From UHGV virus genome UHGV-0383221: DNA of 57,587 nt. The stretch is one strand, 5' to 3'. Shown here piece after piece: positions 46,565 through 55,407 of the stretch. Every line of letters starts with the position of its first letter. Within the stretch, counting starts at the first letter, position 1. This DNA is from a virus. The translations under genes were made by a program, and so were the position numbers. Below the pieces are notes generated by a model that had not been told where the DNA came from, searched no databases, and saw nothing but the letters and a program-made list of their open reading frames with translations.

Positions 46565-46637
46565 TGGAGAGAATGGGATTTGAACCCATGTATAACCAGA
46601 TAGCCTCCGGCCCCTTACCTGACTTGGGTATCTCTCC
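46565..46637 (-). tRNA. tRNA, atypical (anticodon unclear; GCU under one fold)
   Basis: Perfect acceptor GGAGAGA/TCTCTCC and T-arm ATGGG-TTCAAAT-CCCAT. The D-arm and anticodon arm fold poorly, so this may be a phage-type or pseudo-tRNA. 73 nt. Confidence 0.45.
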
Positions 46638-47015
46638 TGAATCCGGCCATTTCTGGCCGGACATGTATACCAGACTTATTCACTACTCGTATTGGTGTTG
46701 CAAACTGCCCGCAGCATTCCGCTTATCGCATGGGATAAGACTTACGCTCTTATGCCGCAGGCTACAGCTATACCGGATGCCTCGACCTGTCTGATTCATA
46801 GGACATCCCAAAACCTTCTGAAACCGCAGGTGGACTTGATTTTATGAATTTCACCCATTCCAAAGTAAATATAAAGAATTGGTAAATCCCAAAGATAATT
46901 AACAACAGGGTATCTCCTTTAGAATATTACTAACAGTAGCAACAACCATCCATAGAATATTTAACCGCCATATATACTGCTAGGAATATAACAGCCGTTT
47001 GGAAAAGGCATTTCA

Positions 47016-47255
47016 TCAATCTACTCCTCCAATAATCATGACAACTATATAAGCGACTCCCGCGATCAGACTTCCAACAACAGATGCGAAAATACATTTT
47101 ATAACCGTCATTCCAACAATGGATGCTGTTAACATGCCGGCATCAAAGGCCTTGCATGCCAGCAGGATCGGCTTAACAAATAAAACCCATCCTCCCACAT
47201 ACAGTCCAAGCAACAAACCTGCCAGCCCAATAATAATTGCAATAAACGTCCTCAT
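47016..47255 (-). CDS. small two-transmembrane-helix membrane protein (79 aa)
   Basis: Two hydrophobic helices. A further roughly 50 aa hydrophobic micro-ORF lies just upstream (about 47271-47405). Confidence 0.4.
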   Translation of the reverse strand: MRTFIAIIIGLAGLLLGLYVGGWVLFVKPILLACKAFDAGMLTASIVGMTVIKCIFASVVGSLIAGVAYIVVMIIGGVD

Positions 47256-47400
47256 ATCCTACCTCCCAATCATGAACATGTTTACACAGGAGCATATCCC
47301 GCACAAGATGCAAAACAGCCTATAATAGAACCCTTTTCCTTCCAAAGAAGCCCAGGCAAAAAAAGCAACCATAAAGGCATTAAATACAATTAGCAGCACA

Positions 47401-47628
47401 TTAATCATTGTCATTTCCTTTCCATGGACTGACCTCATAGGATGCTACCTCTGATAATTCCACCGTTATTGTTCTAGTTTTGTCAATGGACCAAAATGTC
47501 AATTCGGCCATCTTATGTATTGCATCTGATAATTCTTCTGTCATTTTTGCCAAATTATTCTCTGAGCTAATCTGCCCATATAGAATATGCCCGCTCTTAA
47601 GAACAAACCTCACGAACCACTTATTCAT
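47401..47628 (-). CDS. hypothetical protein (75 aa)
   Basis: Intact ORF overlapping the upstream gene by 4 nt. Confidence 0.35.
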   Translation of the reverse strand: MNKWFVRFVLKSGHILYGQISSENNLAKMTEELSDAIHKMAELTFWSIDKTRTITVELSEVASYEVSPWKGNDND

Positions 47629-48008
47629 GAACTTTCCTCCAATCCTACGATCCTGTTTGCCAGCCCAACCACCATATCTGCGGCTTCCTCTGGGTCAATT
47701 ACTCCTTCGTAGTACTCGATCAAATAGCCCGCAATAGAATCTATCAGGGCCTTATACCAATCACCCTTTTTCATTAACTCGGCCTGGACAATTTCTGCTG
47801 CCACAGCAAGGGTCATACTGTATTTGATATTACACGGATCCAGAACAAACTCACCTGTACCCCATGGAATATTTAATTTTGCAACCGGAATGTGCCCCGG
47901 GTGAATACTTATATCCGTTCCTGTCACAATACTGTTCATTTCTTTTCCGTCAATTTTAATTGAATATCCATACTTCTCCCGTGTTCTAATCTCTACCCTC
48001 GCCATCAT
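47625..48008 (-). CDS. hypothetical protein (127 aa)
   Basis: Intact ORF downstream of the DUF551 gene. Confidence 0.4.
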   Translation of the reverse strand: MMARVEIRTREKYGYSIKIDGKEMNSIVTGTDISIHPGHIPVAKLNIPWGTGEFVLDPCNIKYSMTLAVAAEIVQAELMKKGDWYKALIDSIAGYLIEYYEGVIDPEEAADMVVGLANRIVGLEESS

Positions 48009-48241
48009 CTTCTCTGCTCCGCTCCCAGTAAGGATCTCATGAAAATTTCTGCCTGTATACGTGCCTCTTTTTCATCAAACCTTTTCTTAAACTCCTCATA
48101 AACTTTTACCTGTATTTCCACCATTTGAAGTATAGAAAGTACCATTTCTGAATTAACAAATCCCACTTCGACACCGCCTTTTTGTTTTTTATTTTTTTTA
48201 ATTACCTTACAGCCCTATATACAAACGGCAACAATGGGCAG

Positions 48242-48589
48242 CTAAAACGTATTAATCGATTTGTCTTCCTCTTTCTGTAGGGTTTCAATCCAATAAGATT
48301 CCGGTAGGGGCATCCAGGCCAGTACCATTGTTTGATGTTCTTCCTCGTTCACCGCGCACACCCAAGTCTTTTCAGATCTATAAGAATACCCTATTCCTCC
48401 GTGATCATGAGCCGTCAATACCGTTTCATAAGTTGCTGGCAATCGCTCTGCTACCGGTATCCATTCTCGACTCTTTTGCAAACTTTCATACTGTCTCTTA
48501 TACCAATCCGCTCTTTCAGTTTCATTTGACCATGGTGTATTTCCCATCTCACTTCTCCTTCCGAAAATTTTAAATTTGAGCGTGTACAT
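48242..48589 (-). CDS. DUF551-domain phage protein (second copy in window)
   Basis: C-terminal MVLAWMPLPESYWIE parallels the ...ILVAWYG...WMPLPEPYKE tail of the 426-980 protein. Confidence 0.55.
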   Translation of the reverse strand: MYTLKFKIFGRRSEMGNTPWSNETERADWYKRQYESLQKSREWIPVAERLPATYETVLTAHDHGGIGYSYRSEKTWVCAVNEEEHQTMVLAWMPLPESYWIETLQKEEDKSINTF

Positions 48590-48936
48590 TCCAACACCGC
48601 AACCATCTTTACTCTAAAGGTCTGGAAAACTGTGTTTTTATCCTATTCTGCCCTTCTGTATAAGCCATATAAACGCTCCTTTTTCTTTTAAATTTAGATG
48701 GGGGACTCATTTGCCGTCTGGGAACCCTCGAATATACCCCCTGGCCCCCTATCTTATGTTTTGTTTCATCAATAGCCACAATTCAATGGGCACAATATTC
48801 ATTCCGTTCAACTATGCGCGAAAGACAGCTTTCGCGCAGTCTTGATCCGACACTATGCATAAAACAGCGTCACATTATTGTGCAGGTTGTACATAAGCAA
48901 GGCAATCAGCATCCTATTGTCCCTATTGTGTCTCAC

Positions 48937-49761
48937 TCACCCATCATTATCTGACAATACGCCACTGGCAGAGGGCTGAATCTCCTTGAAATCTGCATCT
49001 ATGATGCCACTGTCATCTCCCGAATCAGGAAGCCGTTGGGCTATGTCATCTGCGCTCATGCGATCACCAAGGGGTAAGTCTGTAGTTATGTTAACCTCTG
49101 ACCTGTCCACATAGCCGTGGTTGTTTTTGGACAGGAAAATGAACGTCACTGGGTTTATCTTGCCTTTAAGGGCTAAAAACTCGTTATATGAGGCAATTAA
49201 TTGCTTTGCTTTTTTTATAACGTCTCTCCTGTCTGGGCCATTTTCCCCATGTTCCCACCGGTTTAATGTGCCTCTAGTGACCCCACAAGCTAGTGCAAGC
49301 GCCTCCACGCCAGGGCGTATACAGTTATCCTTGCACCAGTTAAAGAACCATGCCACACGCTCTGCAAGCTGATCTCTATTGCCTGTGTCTATTGGAGGAA
49401 GGTTGTATAACTCTATCATCTGGGATATGGCTTCCTCCCTATCTTCTGGCTTTACTCCCTTGTAACGGCCTCCAGATACAGGGCTTGCCTTATTTGCCTT
49501 GGCGACAGGTGTAAGCATCCCGCTGGGGCTTTGATCGCTCTCCTGTTGCTGGTTTGCAATCCTTTGTGCCTGCTGAACCGCCTTATACTCCGCTATCACA
49601 TCCGCATGTTCCGGCCCCAGTTCCCTTTCCAGCAGTCCGGGTTTGTATGGCCTGGTTCTGGGCCTGCCTATTTTCTTTTTCTCCTCTTCCATCTCCCGGC
49701 CTCCTTTCTGAGCAAAATAAAAAGCGCCTATCCTGGATTGCCCAAAATAAGCGCTGTACAT
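48937..49761 (-). CDS. terminase small subunit-like HTH DNA-packaging protein (putative)
   Basis: AT-hook-like GRPRTRPYKPG. HTH ALALACGVTRGTLNRWEHG of the kind seen in terS families. The true start is probably MEEEKKKIGRPRT. It is 4 kb from terL, so the assignment is tentative. Confidence 0.35.
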   Translation of the reverse strand: MYSAYFGQSRIGAFYFAQKGGREMEEEKKKIGRPRTRPYKPGLLERELGPEHADVIAEYKAVQQAQRIANQQQESDQSPSGMLTPVAKANKASPVSGGRYKGVKPEDREEAISQMIELYNLPPIDTGNRDQLAERVAWFFNWCKDNCIRPGVEALALACGVTRGTLNRWEHGENGPDRRDVIKKAKQLIASYNEFLALKGKINPVTFIFLSKNNHGYVDRSEVNITTDLPLGDRMSADDIAQRLPDSGDDSGIIDADFKEIQPSASGVLSDNDG

Positions 49762-49804
49762 AATCTTTATCTAGTTCCAGGGGCTACGCCTGGTTGCTTG
49801 TCCC

Positions 49805-50014
49805 CTACATTTTAACAAACTCTATTCTTGTTTTGTATCCAAGGGCCGTGGCTATCTCTTCCAGATCCGCCGGGGTGAATGCCCCTCGCTTTAACCGTTG
49901 CCCCATATTCTGGCGTGTGGTCTTTAACCGCCGGGCCAGCTCCGCCGTGCTTACACCTTCCAACGCCATTAATACCTTTATTTGATCCGCTGGCGTGTAA
50001 TCGTTAATATCCAC
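49805..50014 (-). CDS. XRE-family HTH regulator (69 aa)
   Basis: QIKVLMALEGVSTAELARRLKTTRQNMGQRLKRG. Confidence 0.55.
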   Translation of the reverse strand: MDINDYTPADQIKVLMALEGVSTAELARRLKTTRQNMGQRLKRGAFTPADLEEIATALGYKTRIEFVKM

Positions 50015-50139
50015 GGCTATCTCCCTCCGCCTGCCTGCGTTTATATATAGTGTAGCAGAATGCGTTTACATTCGCAATCCCGGAATGTACATTCGCTGTA
50101 CTGGCCCGAGGGTTGTTAAACTATTGCAAATAATGTAGT

Positions 50140-50367
50140 TTACGCCTTTTCTTCTACATACTCCATTATCTGCCCCGGCTGGCATTTCAACAGCCTACAC
50201 AGATTGCATAGTACCTCACAGGTGACATTCCCATTGTCAACCAGCTTATATATTGTAGCCCTGTGTATACCGTTATCAATCAGCCACTGCTTTTTGTGTC
50301 CTCTTTTTTCAAGCATAGCCCATAGCCTTGTAAAATCCATATATCCATTCTCTCCATAATTCGCCAT
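50140..50367 (-). CDS. XRE-family HTH regulator (75 aa)
   Basis: MDFTRLWAMLEKRGHKKQWLIDNGIHRATIYKLV. Divergent from the plus-strand micro-ORF operon, with the repeat array between them. Confidence 0.55.
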   Translation of the reverse strand: MANYGENGYMDFTRLWAMLEKRGHKKQWLIDNGIHRATIYKLVDNGNVTCEVLCNLCRLLKCQPGQIMEYVEEKA

Positions 50368-50405
50368 AAGTCCACCCCACTCTTAGATATAGTATCAATT
50401 CAATA

Positions 50406-50521
50406 ATATTCTATTTTCATGTAATTGTCAATATTCTATTTTCGTGTAATATGCACAATATTTTTGTTCTATTTTCGTGTAATATGCAAATTGCAAAATA
50501 TTCTATTATCGTGTAATATAT
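50406..50521 (+). repeat. four direct iteron/operator-like repeats of about 22-25 bp (ATATTCTATTTTCGTGTAATATGCA)
   Basis: Copies at 50406-50425, 50431-50455, 50467-50488 and 50498-50521, with 1-3 mismatches and a period of about 25-33 bp. They lie in the divergent promoter region. Confidence 0.6.
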
Positions 50522-50584
50522 AGACATAAAGAAAAGCGCTACACAAAGCGCCAATCTTTATAAACCAATTGAGAGGAGGTGGAC

Positions 50585-50659
50585 ATGATGGGATTGATAG
50601 CCATCCTCGTTATCAAAGTCTTTATAGTAGCCGCTATACTGACAAGCATTAACGAGTAA
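50585..50659 (+). CDS. 24 aa hydrophobic micro-peptide (MMGLIAILVIKVFIVAAILTSINE)
   Basis: Strong GAGGAGG RBS 5-6 nt upstream. Entirely hydrophobic single helix. First gene after the repeat array. Confidence 0.4.
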   Translation: MMGLIAILVIKVFIVAAILTSINE

Positions 50660-50768
50660 TCCACCGAAGCAAGTACCAGTGTCGTGAGACAACCGGGAAC
50701 GCTTCCCTCACAATTGAAATATAACATATGACTACCCAAAAATCAAGCAAAAACAAGGAGGTAAAACA

Positions 50769-50942
50769 ATGAGAAACGAATATAAAGCACATCACACAGC
50801 ATTAACCAGAGGTTATGTAAGCATTAAGGCAACCGAAGGAATCAAGGAGCCGTACAAAGGTAAGTTTGGAGAGGGTTACACAATTCGGAGCCACAACCCT
50901 AACAGCACACGCTATTGCTACATCACCTATTATGTAGCCTAA
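50769..50942 (+). CDS. micro-ORF (57 aa)
   Basis: AAGGAGG RBS 7 nt upstream. Not in the ORF track because it is under 60 aa. Confidence 0.4.
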   Translation: MRNEYKAHHTALTRGYVSIKATEGIKEPYKGKFGEGYTIRSHNPNSTRYCYITYYVA

Positions 50943-50988
50943 CCACAATACACCCGCCCACCAGGATCAGAGAGGAGAAAGTGATAAT

Positions 50989-51129
50989 ATGAAGAACCTA
51001 TATCTGGAAGATAAGGAAGGTAATTTAATTTACTGGGTAACGGAGCGCAACGGGGAAATTATCCGGGAATATCCGGACGGATACACCGAAGTAGCAAATG
51101 TACAAGAAATTGAGTTATACAACAGATAG
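50989..51129 (+). CDS. micro-ORF (46 aa)
   Basis: AGAGGAG RBS upstream. Translated manually (MKNLYLEDKEGNLIYWVTERNGEIIREYPDGYTEVANVQEIELYNR). Confidence 0.4.
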   Translation: MKNLYLEDKEGNLIYWVTERNGEIIREYPDGYTEVANVQEIELYNR

Positions 51130-51294
51130 GCGGCATCTGCCGCCCCTCTAATGCCGGTATCCGGTCGCAACCCCGGAGGAAGTCGCAGAGCGGAGGAAAA
51201 CAGAAATCATAGGTGAAGTAGTAACGTCCTGGCGGTTGAATCAATCAGCCGGGATCGTGAAAAGTAGCCGCCATCCATAAGGAGGAAAAGAGAA

Positions 51295-51420
51295 ATGAGA
51301 ACCTATGAATTTTATGTAAAAGCCGCGGATTACTTTTTCCGCAAGGGCAACCAGAAACTTTTCAACAACTTTTATCGTATCGTAAAAGAATTGCAGGCAC
51401 GAGGCCATAGCGGAATTTGA
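51295..51420 (+). CDS. micro-ORF (41 aa)
   Basis: AAGGAGG RBS 8 nt upstream. Translated manually (MRTYEFYVKAADYFFRKGNQKLFNNFYRIVKELQARGHSGI). Confidence 0.4.
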   Translation: MRTYEFYVKAADYFFRKGNQKLFNNFYRIVKELQARGHSGI

Positions 51421-51471
51421 CCGCACATATACGGCGGACCCGGCCCCCAGGAACAAGGAGAGAAAGAAAAA

Positions 51472-51678
51472 ATGAAAAAATATAATAAGGAACTTTTTGA
51501 GGCTATGATAAATGATTGGTTGGCTGACCATGGCGAGGAGATGGAGGATTTAAAAATCGAGGAGATTTATCTGGGGGAAAACGGCTGGGAGTCATACGCG
51601 CATGATAATAAGGCCGCGTATCTGCTGACCGATGACGGTACAGGAAATATTTGCATTAATTACATCGGCGCATTGTAA
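51472..51678 (+). CDS. small acidic protein (68 aa)
   Basis: GGAGAGAAAG RBS region upstream. In operon with the micro-ORFs. Confidence 0.45.
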   Translation: MKKYNKELFEAMINDWLADHGEEMEDLKIEEIYLGENGWESYAHDNKAAYLLTDDGTGNICINYIGAL

Positions 51679-51717
51679 AATTCCCGGCCCTCAGGGAGAC
51701 AGGAGAGAAAGTACAAC

Positions 51718-52071
51718 ATGAAACAGATCGAGAAATGGTTACAGGATAATAACATCACATACTGTACCGCAAAATGGGGTAATCCTGATTATTTTAATGA
51801 TGGATTTACGGTATGCGGGTTAATGGTGACGTTTGATTTTTACCAGGACCGGGACGCCCCCGCTAAAATGTCCGCCTTTGAGCGGTACATGGGCCGGAAA
51901 CGAGCCTATAATTGCGAATACTATAAGTACGGCGCTGGCTGGTGGATCCGCGTCTTAACAGCCGCAGATGCGCCCAAACTGGAGGAACACGAAAAGCGCG
52001 TTTCCGATGCCGTAGAAGCATTTTGGCAGGCGGAGCACGCCCGCAGACAAGCAATGCAAAAAGCCTCATAA
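51718..52071 (+). CDS. hypothetical protein (117 aa)
   Basis: Last gene of the plus-strand operon. Ends 20 nt before the tRNA-like hairpin. Confidence 0.45.
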   Translation: MKQIEKWLQDNNITYCTAKWGNPDYFNDGFTVCGLMVTFDFYQDRDAPAKMSAFERYMGRKRAYNCEYYKYGAGWWIRVLTAADAPKLEEHEKRVSDAVEAFWQAEHARRQAMQKAS

Positions 52072-52090
52072 TTCAGGCCGTTAGGATTTA

Positions 52091-52116
52091 CCCGGGTTCG
52101 ATTCCCGGGCGGCTCT
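52091..52116 (+). other. tRNA T-arm/acceptor-like fragment (CCGGG-TTCGATT-CCCGG + GCGGCTC): candidate att core or terminator hairpin
   Basis: Perfect 5 bp T-stem and a 7 nt TTCGATT loop. No complementary 5' acceptor strand can be found upstream. Followed by CTCTATTTCA. Confidence 0.3.
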
Positions 52117-52348
52117 ATTTCAGGTCATCCACCTATGTATTGACCCTGCAACGGTTTTGGATCACGCCGTATAATGTGATCCGCTACGACTATACAGCCG
52201 TGAAAAGCACTCACGACACGCCTGGCGCCTGCCCGCTGCATACAATGAGCCGGCTACTTGTCAATCTTGCCATGCCCCGGTGACGTGATCCGGCGCTTAA
52301 CGATTGTGCGATAACATCCACCATGCAGGACTTATATCACCCTACATG

Positions 52349-52681
52349 CTACGGGACGTGGCACGGCCCATAATTGACCGTACACTCAGCCCACCGGCGA
52401 CATATTGTCCAGTATGCAATCTGGCCTAATGTGCCCTTTTTGGCGTTGACAATGGCCCATAATGGCATTATAGTGTATGTAGGCATGATTTCCTGGTTCA
52501 TTGCGAAAAGGCTCATAGCGTTCGTTTTAGCGCACCATGACACGGATTTGTTATGCCGGTTCGCAGGTAAGGAGTGCCCAAATTTCCCTAGTATTTTATC
52601 TGAATATTCTGACATTTTATTATATCTTAGAACAATAAAAAAACTGGCCCGATTTCTCCAAAAATCCGAGAGAAAATTCAT
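52349..52681 (-). CDS. hypothetical protein (110 aa)
   Basis: Intact ORF downstream of the DUF4417 gene. Confidence 0.35.
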   Translation of the reverse strand: MNFLSDFWRNRASFFIVLRYNKMSEYSDKILGKFGHSLPANRHNKSVSWCAKTNAMSLFAMNQEIMPTYTIMPLWAIVNAKKGTLGQIAYWTICRRWAECTVNYGPCHVP

Positions 52682-52872
52682 CTGTGAATTTGGAGAAGTC
52701 AGGCCTCAAAAATTATTTATTCAATTTGCACATGGTAAAACAGTTGCTGACATAGTCGTATTATGAAGTTTTATTTTGAGTTTTCTTTACCACATTTGCT
52801 TCATCAAATCTCTTCCTCGTATTTACCACTTTTTGGTTCTTAATGCGCTTCCTCTCACGTTCGCCTGTTCCT

Positions 52873-53541
52873 TTAGCATTCCGGCGCCGGGTTCCGTATG
52901 CGTTTCTTCCTCCCATGCCTACTCTCCAATCTCTTCTGCATCTGCTGGCTGTACCCATCAAGATATATGATTGGTACATCGACATCTATGTCTTGCTGCT
53001 TTCCAATCACCAATATCTTTTCCGGCCGAATTGTTGCTACCATAAAGCGTAGCCCCATTTCAAAGTAGTATCTCCCTTGTTTAGACAAACACCCATTGTT
53101 ACTCACAGCAATAACGCTATTACATGGCATACCATCAAAGCACCATTGAAAGCTTTTCCTGTCGCTCCATCCGGCCGTGGGTATGATATTCACTCCATTT
53201 TGCTGCATATAATATGCCAGAGCCCTGTTCCTATAACAGTTCCATATTTGCATGGCTGCTGGCATATCTGCATAAATCGAAAAATCGGGTGAGCATATAT
53301 ACTGGAAGTTCTGAAGCAGTGCAAGGTATTTGTCAGGATCGTTCCATATTCCAGTAAATCTCTTGTCGTCAATAAAAAAATGAAGAGTAGATTTTTTAGG
53401 AACTTTGCAGTGTCTAGCCTCACTATATGGAACGGGATTGCATGGTTCAGCATCAATATGTATTGGTTCTAACTGTGGAAATCCGTAGTTGCCTACCAAT
53501 TCTGCACCTTTGATCAGATACTCTCTCATTATATCATTCAT
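52873..53541 (-). CDS. DUF4417-family phage protein (222 aa)
   Basis: Composition and length fit the DUF4417 family, which is common next to phage integrases. Assignment is by overall resemblance; no catalytic motif. Confidence 0.4.
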   Translation of the reverse strand: MNDIMREYLIKGAELVGNYGFPQLEPIHIDAEPCNPVPYSEARHCKVPKKSTLHFFIDDKRFTGIWNDPDKYLALLQNFQYICSPDFSIYADMPAAMQIWNCYRNRALAYYMQQNGVNIIPTAGWSDRKSFQWCFDGMPCNSVIAVSNNGCLSKQGRYYFEMGLRFMVATIRPEKILVIGKQQDIDVDVPIIYLDGYSQQMQKRLESRHGRKKRIRNPAPEC

Positions 53542-53543
53542 AT

Positions 53544-53861
53544 TTACCCCTTCTTCAGTGCATTTAAGATCTTCTGGGCCATCACAGCAACACCGATTGC
53601 CTTTATTGCCAATTCTATGGACGCCTTATATATAGCCTGGAATCTCACTTCAATTACATTATGCTTAGCACCTGCTGTTGTTGCTTTCCAGGCGCATCTA
53701 ACACTACTTTCAAGCTTATCCATCCTATCCTTGGTTTTCTCTAATTCATTATAACAAAATGCACAAGATTCAAAATTACTTCTCGGCGGTCTACTCTCAT
53801 TTAAAGCAACTGCATCTTCAATAAGTTGTTTCACTTTTTCGTCCATTTTATCACCATCCAA
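53544..53861 (-). CDS. hypothetical helical protein (105 aa)
   Basis: Intact ORF between the integrase and DUF4417 genes, 3 nt from the latter. Confidence 0.4.
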   Translation of the reverse strand: MDGDKMDEKVKQLIEDAVALNESRPPRSNFESCAFCYNELEKTKDRMDKLESSVRCAWKATTAGAKHNVIEVRFQAIYKASIELAIKAIGVAVMAQKILNALKKG

Positions 53862-53898
53862 CTAACTTTTTATGCTGTTTTATCTTAGATTGCTTTTC

Positions 53899-54955
53899 CT
53901 ACACATTAATTCGTTCCCTGATTGATCGAAGGGTGCGTGGCGTAGACTGTGCATAATACCGTGCTGTCACCCCTGGATCAGCATGTCCCATAATTTCCTG
54001 TATAGTCCCAATATCAACTCCTCTGTTTTTGAGATTCATCCCCAGCGTCTTGCGTGACTTATGCGGATATACCCGGCATGTTAGTCCAGCCCTCTTTCTT
54101 ATGGCTTTCAATATTGCTCGGAATCCGCAAGTAGTCATTTTTCCATACGGCTTTCTGGAGCGTGGGAACATATATGGACATTCATCTTTCCTTCTATTCA
54201 AATACAGGCCATAGTAATGACGCGCATCATCATCCAGATAGATAGTACGGTATCTTCCGCTTTTCTCTCCCTGTATCCATATATCCCCGGTCCTCAAGTC
54301 TATCTGATCCAGGGTTATATCTGCAATTTCTCCTATCCTGGCTCCAGTACTGCGCAGCACCTCCAGTAATGCCCTCTCACGGATATTTTTGCACGCGTCC
54401 CTTAACCTTGCAGATTCTTCCGGGCTGTAATAGTCTATCGGCTTAAGAGGCACTTTCTTGGCAGGTATAGACTCTACCGGATTATCTGTAATAAGCTTTT
54501 CAAGGCGCATCCATGTGAAGAATGCTGATAGAAAACGGCGTTCATTGTTGTAAGTACTGGGCTGATTTTTCTTTCCACCACCGGACACATTTCTAATTTC
54601 ATACCGCGATAAATACCAATCAATATCTGTGGTGTCCATCTGATCAAGTGATTTTGCAGTTATCTCTGTCAGCAATCTTCTTATGGCATTAAGATAGTTT
54701 TCTTTTGTTCCTCTCGTCAAATCACGTTTTTTAACCAGGAATAATTGTATTATGTACTGATTCCGCTGGCTTATATCATCCTTTCTCTCTGCCGGAAGAG
54801 TAGTTATCTCCTCCATATTCACTCTTACCAATTCCTGCTGCATTATTTTTTCAAGTATGCTAAGAGTTTGCTGCTCCATGATATATAAGGACATTGCTAC
54901 CAGTACATTGTTGATTATTTCAGCTTTAATTGTCTGTGTACTCATAATTATATCC
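53899..54955 (-). CDS. int: tyrosine recombinase / phage integrase (second copy)
   Basis: Catalytic region with R (TGARIGEI), HxxR (GHADPGVTARYY) and an RVYPHKSRKT segment. Start taken at MSTQTIKAEI (ATG at plus 54953-54955) with a GAGGAGG RBS 8 nt upstream. The ORF track extends to 55047 across a promoter-like inverted repeat. Confidence 0.7.
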
Positions 54956-54986
54956 TCCTCATTCGTATTGATTTTCACGTCTGAGT

Positions 54987-55060
54987 AAGGTATAATATAC
55001 TCAGACGTATTTACAGGAGCGGTGGAATCATCTTGGCGGGTGACCACCGCTCAGTTTTTA
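54987..55060. promoter_or_regulatory. inverted repeat ACGTCTGAGTA-N12-TACTCAGACGT enclosing TATAAT, then a GC hairpin GAGCGGTGG...CCACCGCTC + T-run
   Basis: Perfect 11 bp inverted repeat (54987-55018) with a -10-like TATAAT in its loop. Stem-loop at 55017-55052 followed by AGTTTTTA. Confidence 0.4.
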
Positions 55061-55127
55061 TCCTCTGCATATAACTGTCCCTTTACTTAATTGATATTTT
55101 TATTGTTAAATGCTAATACTTCTGATG

Positions 55128-55364
55128 TCAGTTTAGCAGTTTCTCTATGATAAATTTCGGTACATAAACCACTCCATTTTCTTCATTGTCTCTTAAGTAG
55201 TGTTTTAAATCTGCTTCCATAATAATCCACTTTTTCAACGCTTTAATACCCATCTCGCAGGCCTCACGCCCTTCCAATGTTTGATGTGCACCATCAGATT
55301 TAGCTACTACCTGTCTATCAAATACTGCTAATATATTCATAGCCTCTGTTTTTGTCATAATCAT
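55128..55364 (-). CDS. hypothetical protein (78 aa)
   Basis: Intact ORF upstream of the integrase. Confidence 0.4.
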   Translation of the reverse strand: MIMTKTEAMNILAVFDRQVVAKSDGAHQTLEGREACEMGIKALKKWIIMEADLKHYLRDNEENGVVYVPKFIIEKLLN

Positions 55365-55407
55365 TCCCTTTCTGGATTATAATTTAAATATCAGTTTTGG
55401 TGCACAA

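Noticed and set aside
46272-46794. Plus-strand ORFs 46272-46466, 46301-46510 and 46558-46794
   Set aside because: They overlap the two minus-strand tRNA genes and their spacer, and their translations are not protein-like. The region is better explained as tRNA plus structured spacer.
50406-50521. Possible CRISPR array
   Set aside because: Only four imperfect, AT-rich 22-25 bp repeats with irregular 5-12 bp spacing. No cas genes or leader. The location in a divergent promoter fits operator or iteron sites instead.
52033-52116. Complete tRNA gene ending at 52116
   Set aside because: The T-arm is perfect, but the required 5' acceptor strand (GAGCCGC) is absent upstream and the space is occupied by a coding ORF.
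52761-52985. Arg-rich 74 aa ORF overlapping the DUF4417 gene by 113 nt
   Set aside because: It overlaps the 5' end of the better-supported DUF4417 ORF in another frame and has extreme Arg/Lys composition. Probably spurious.
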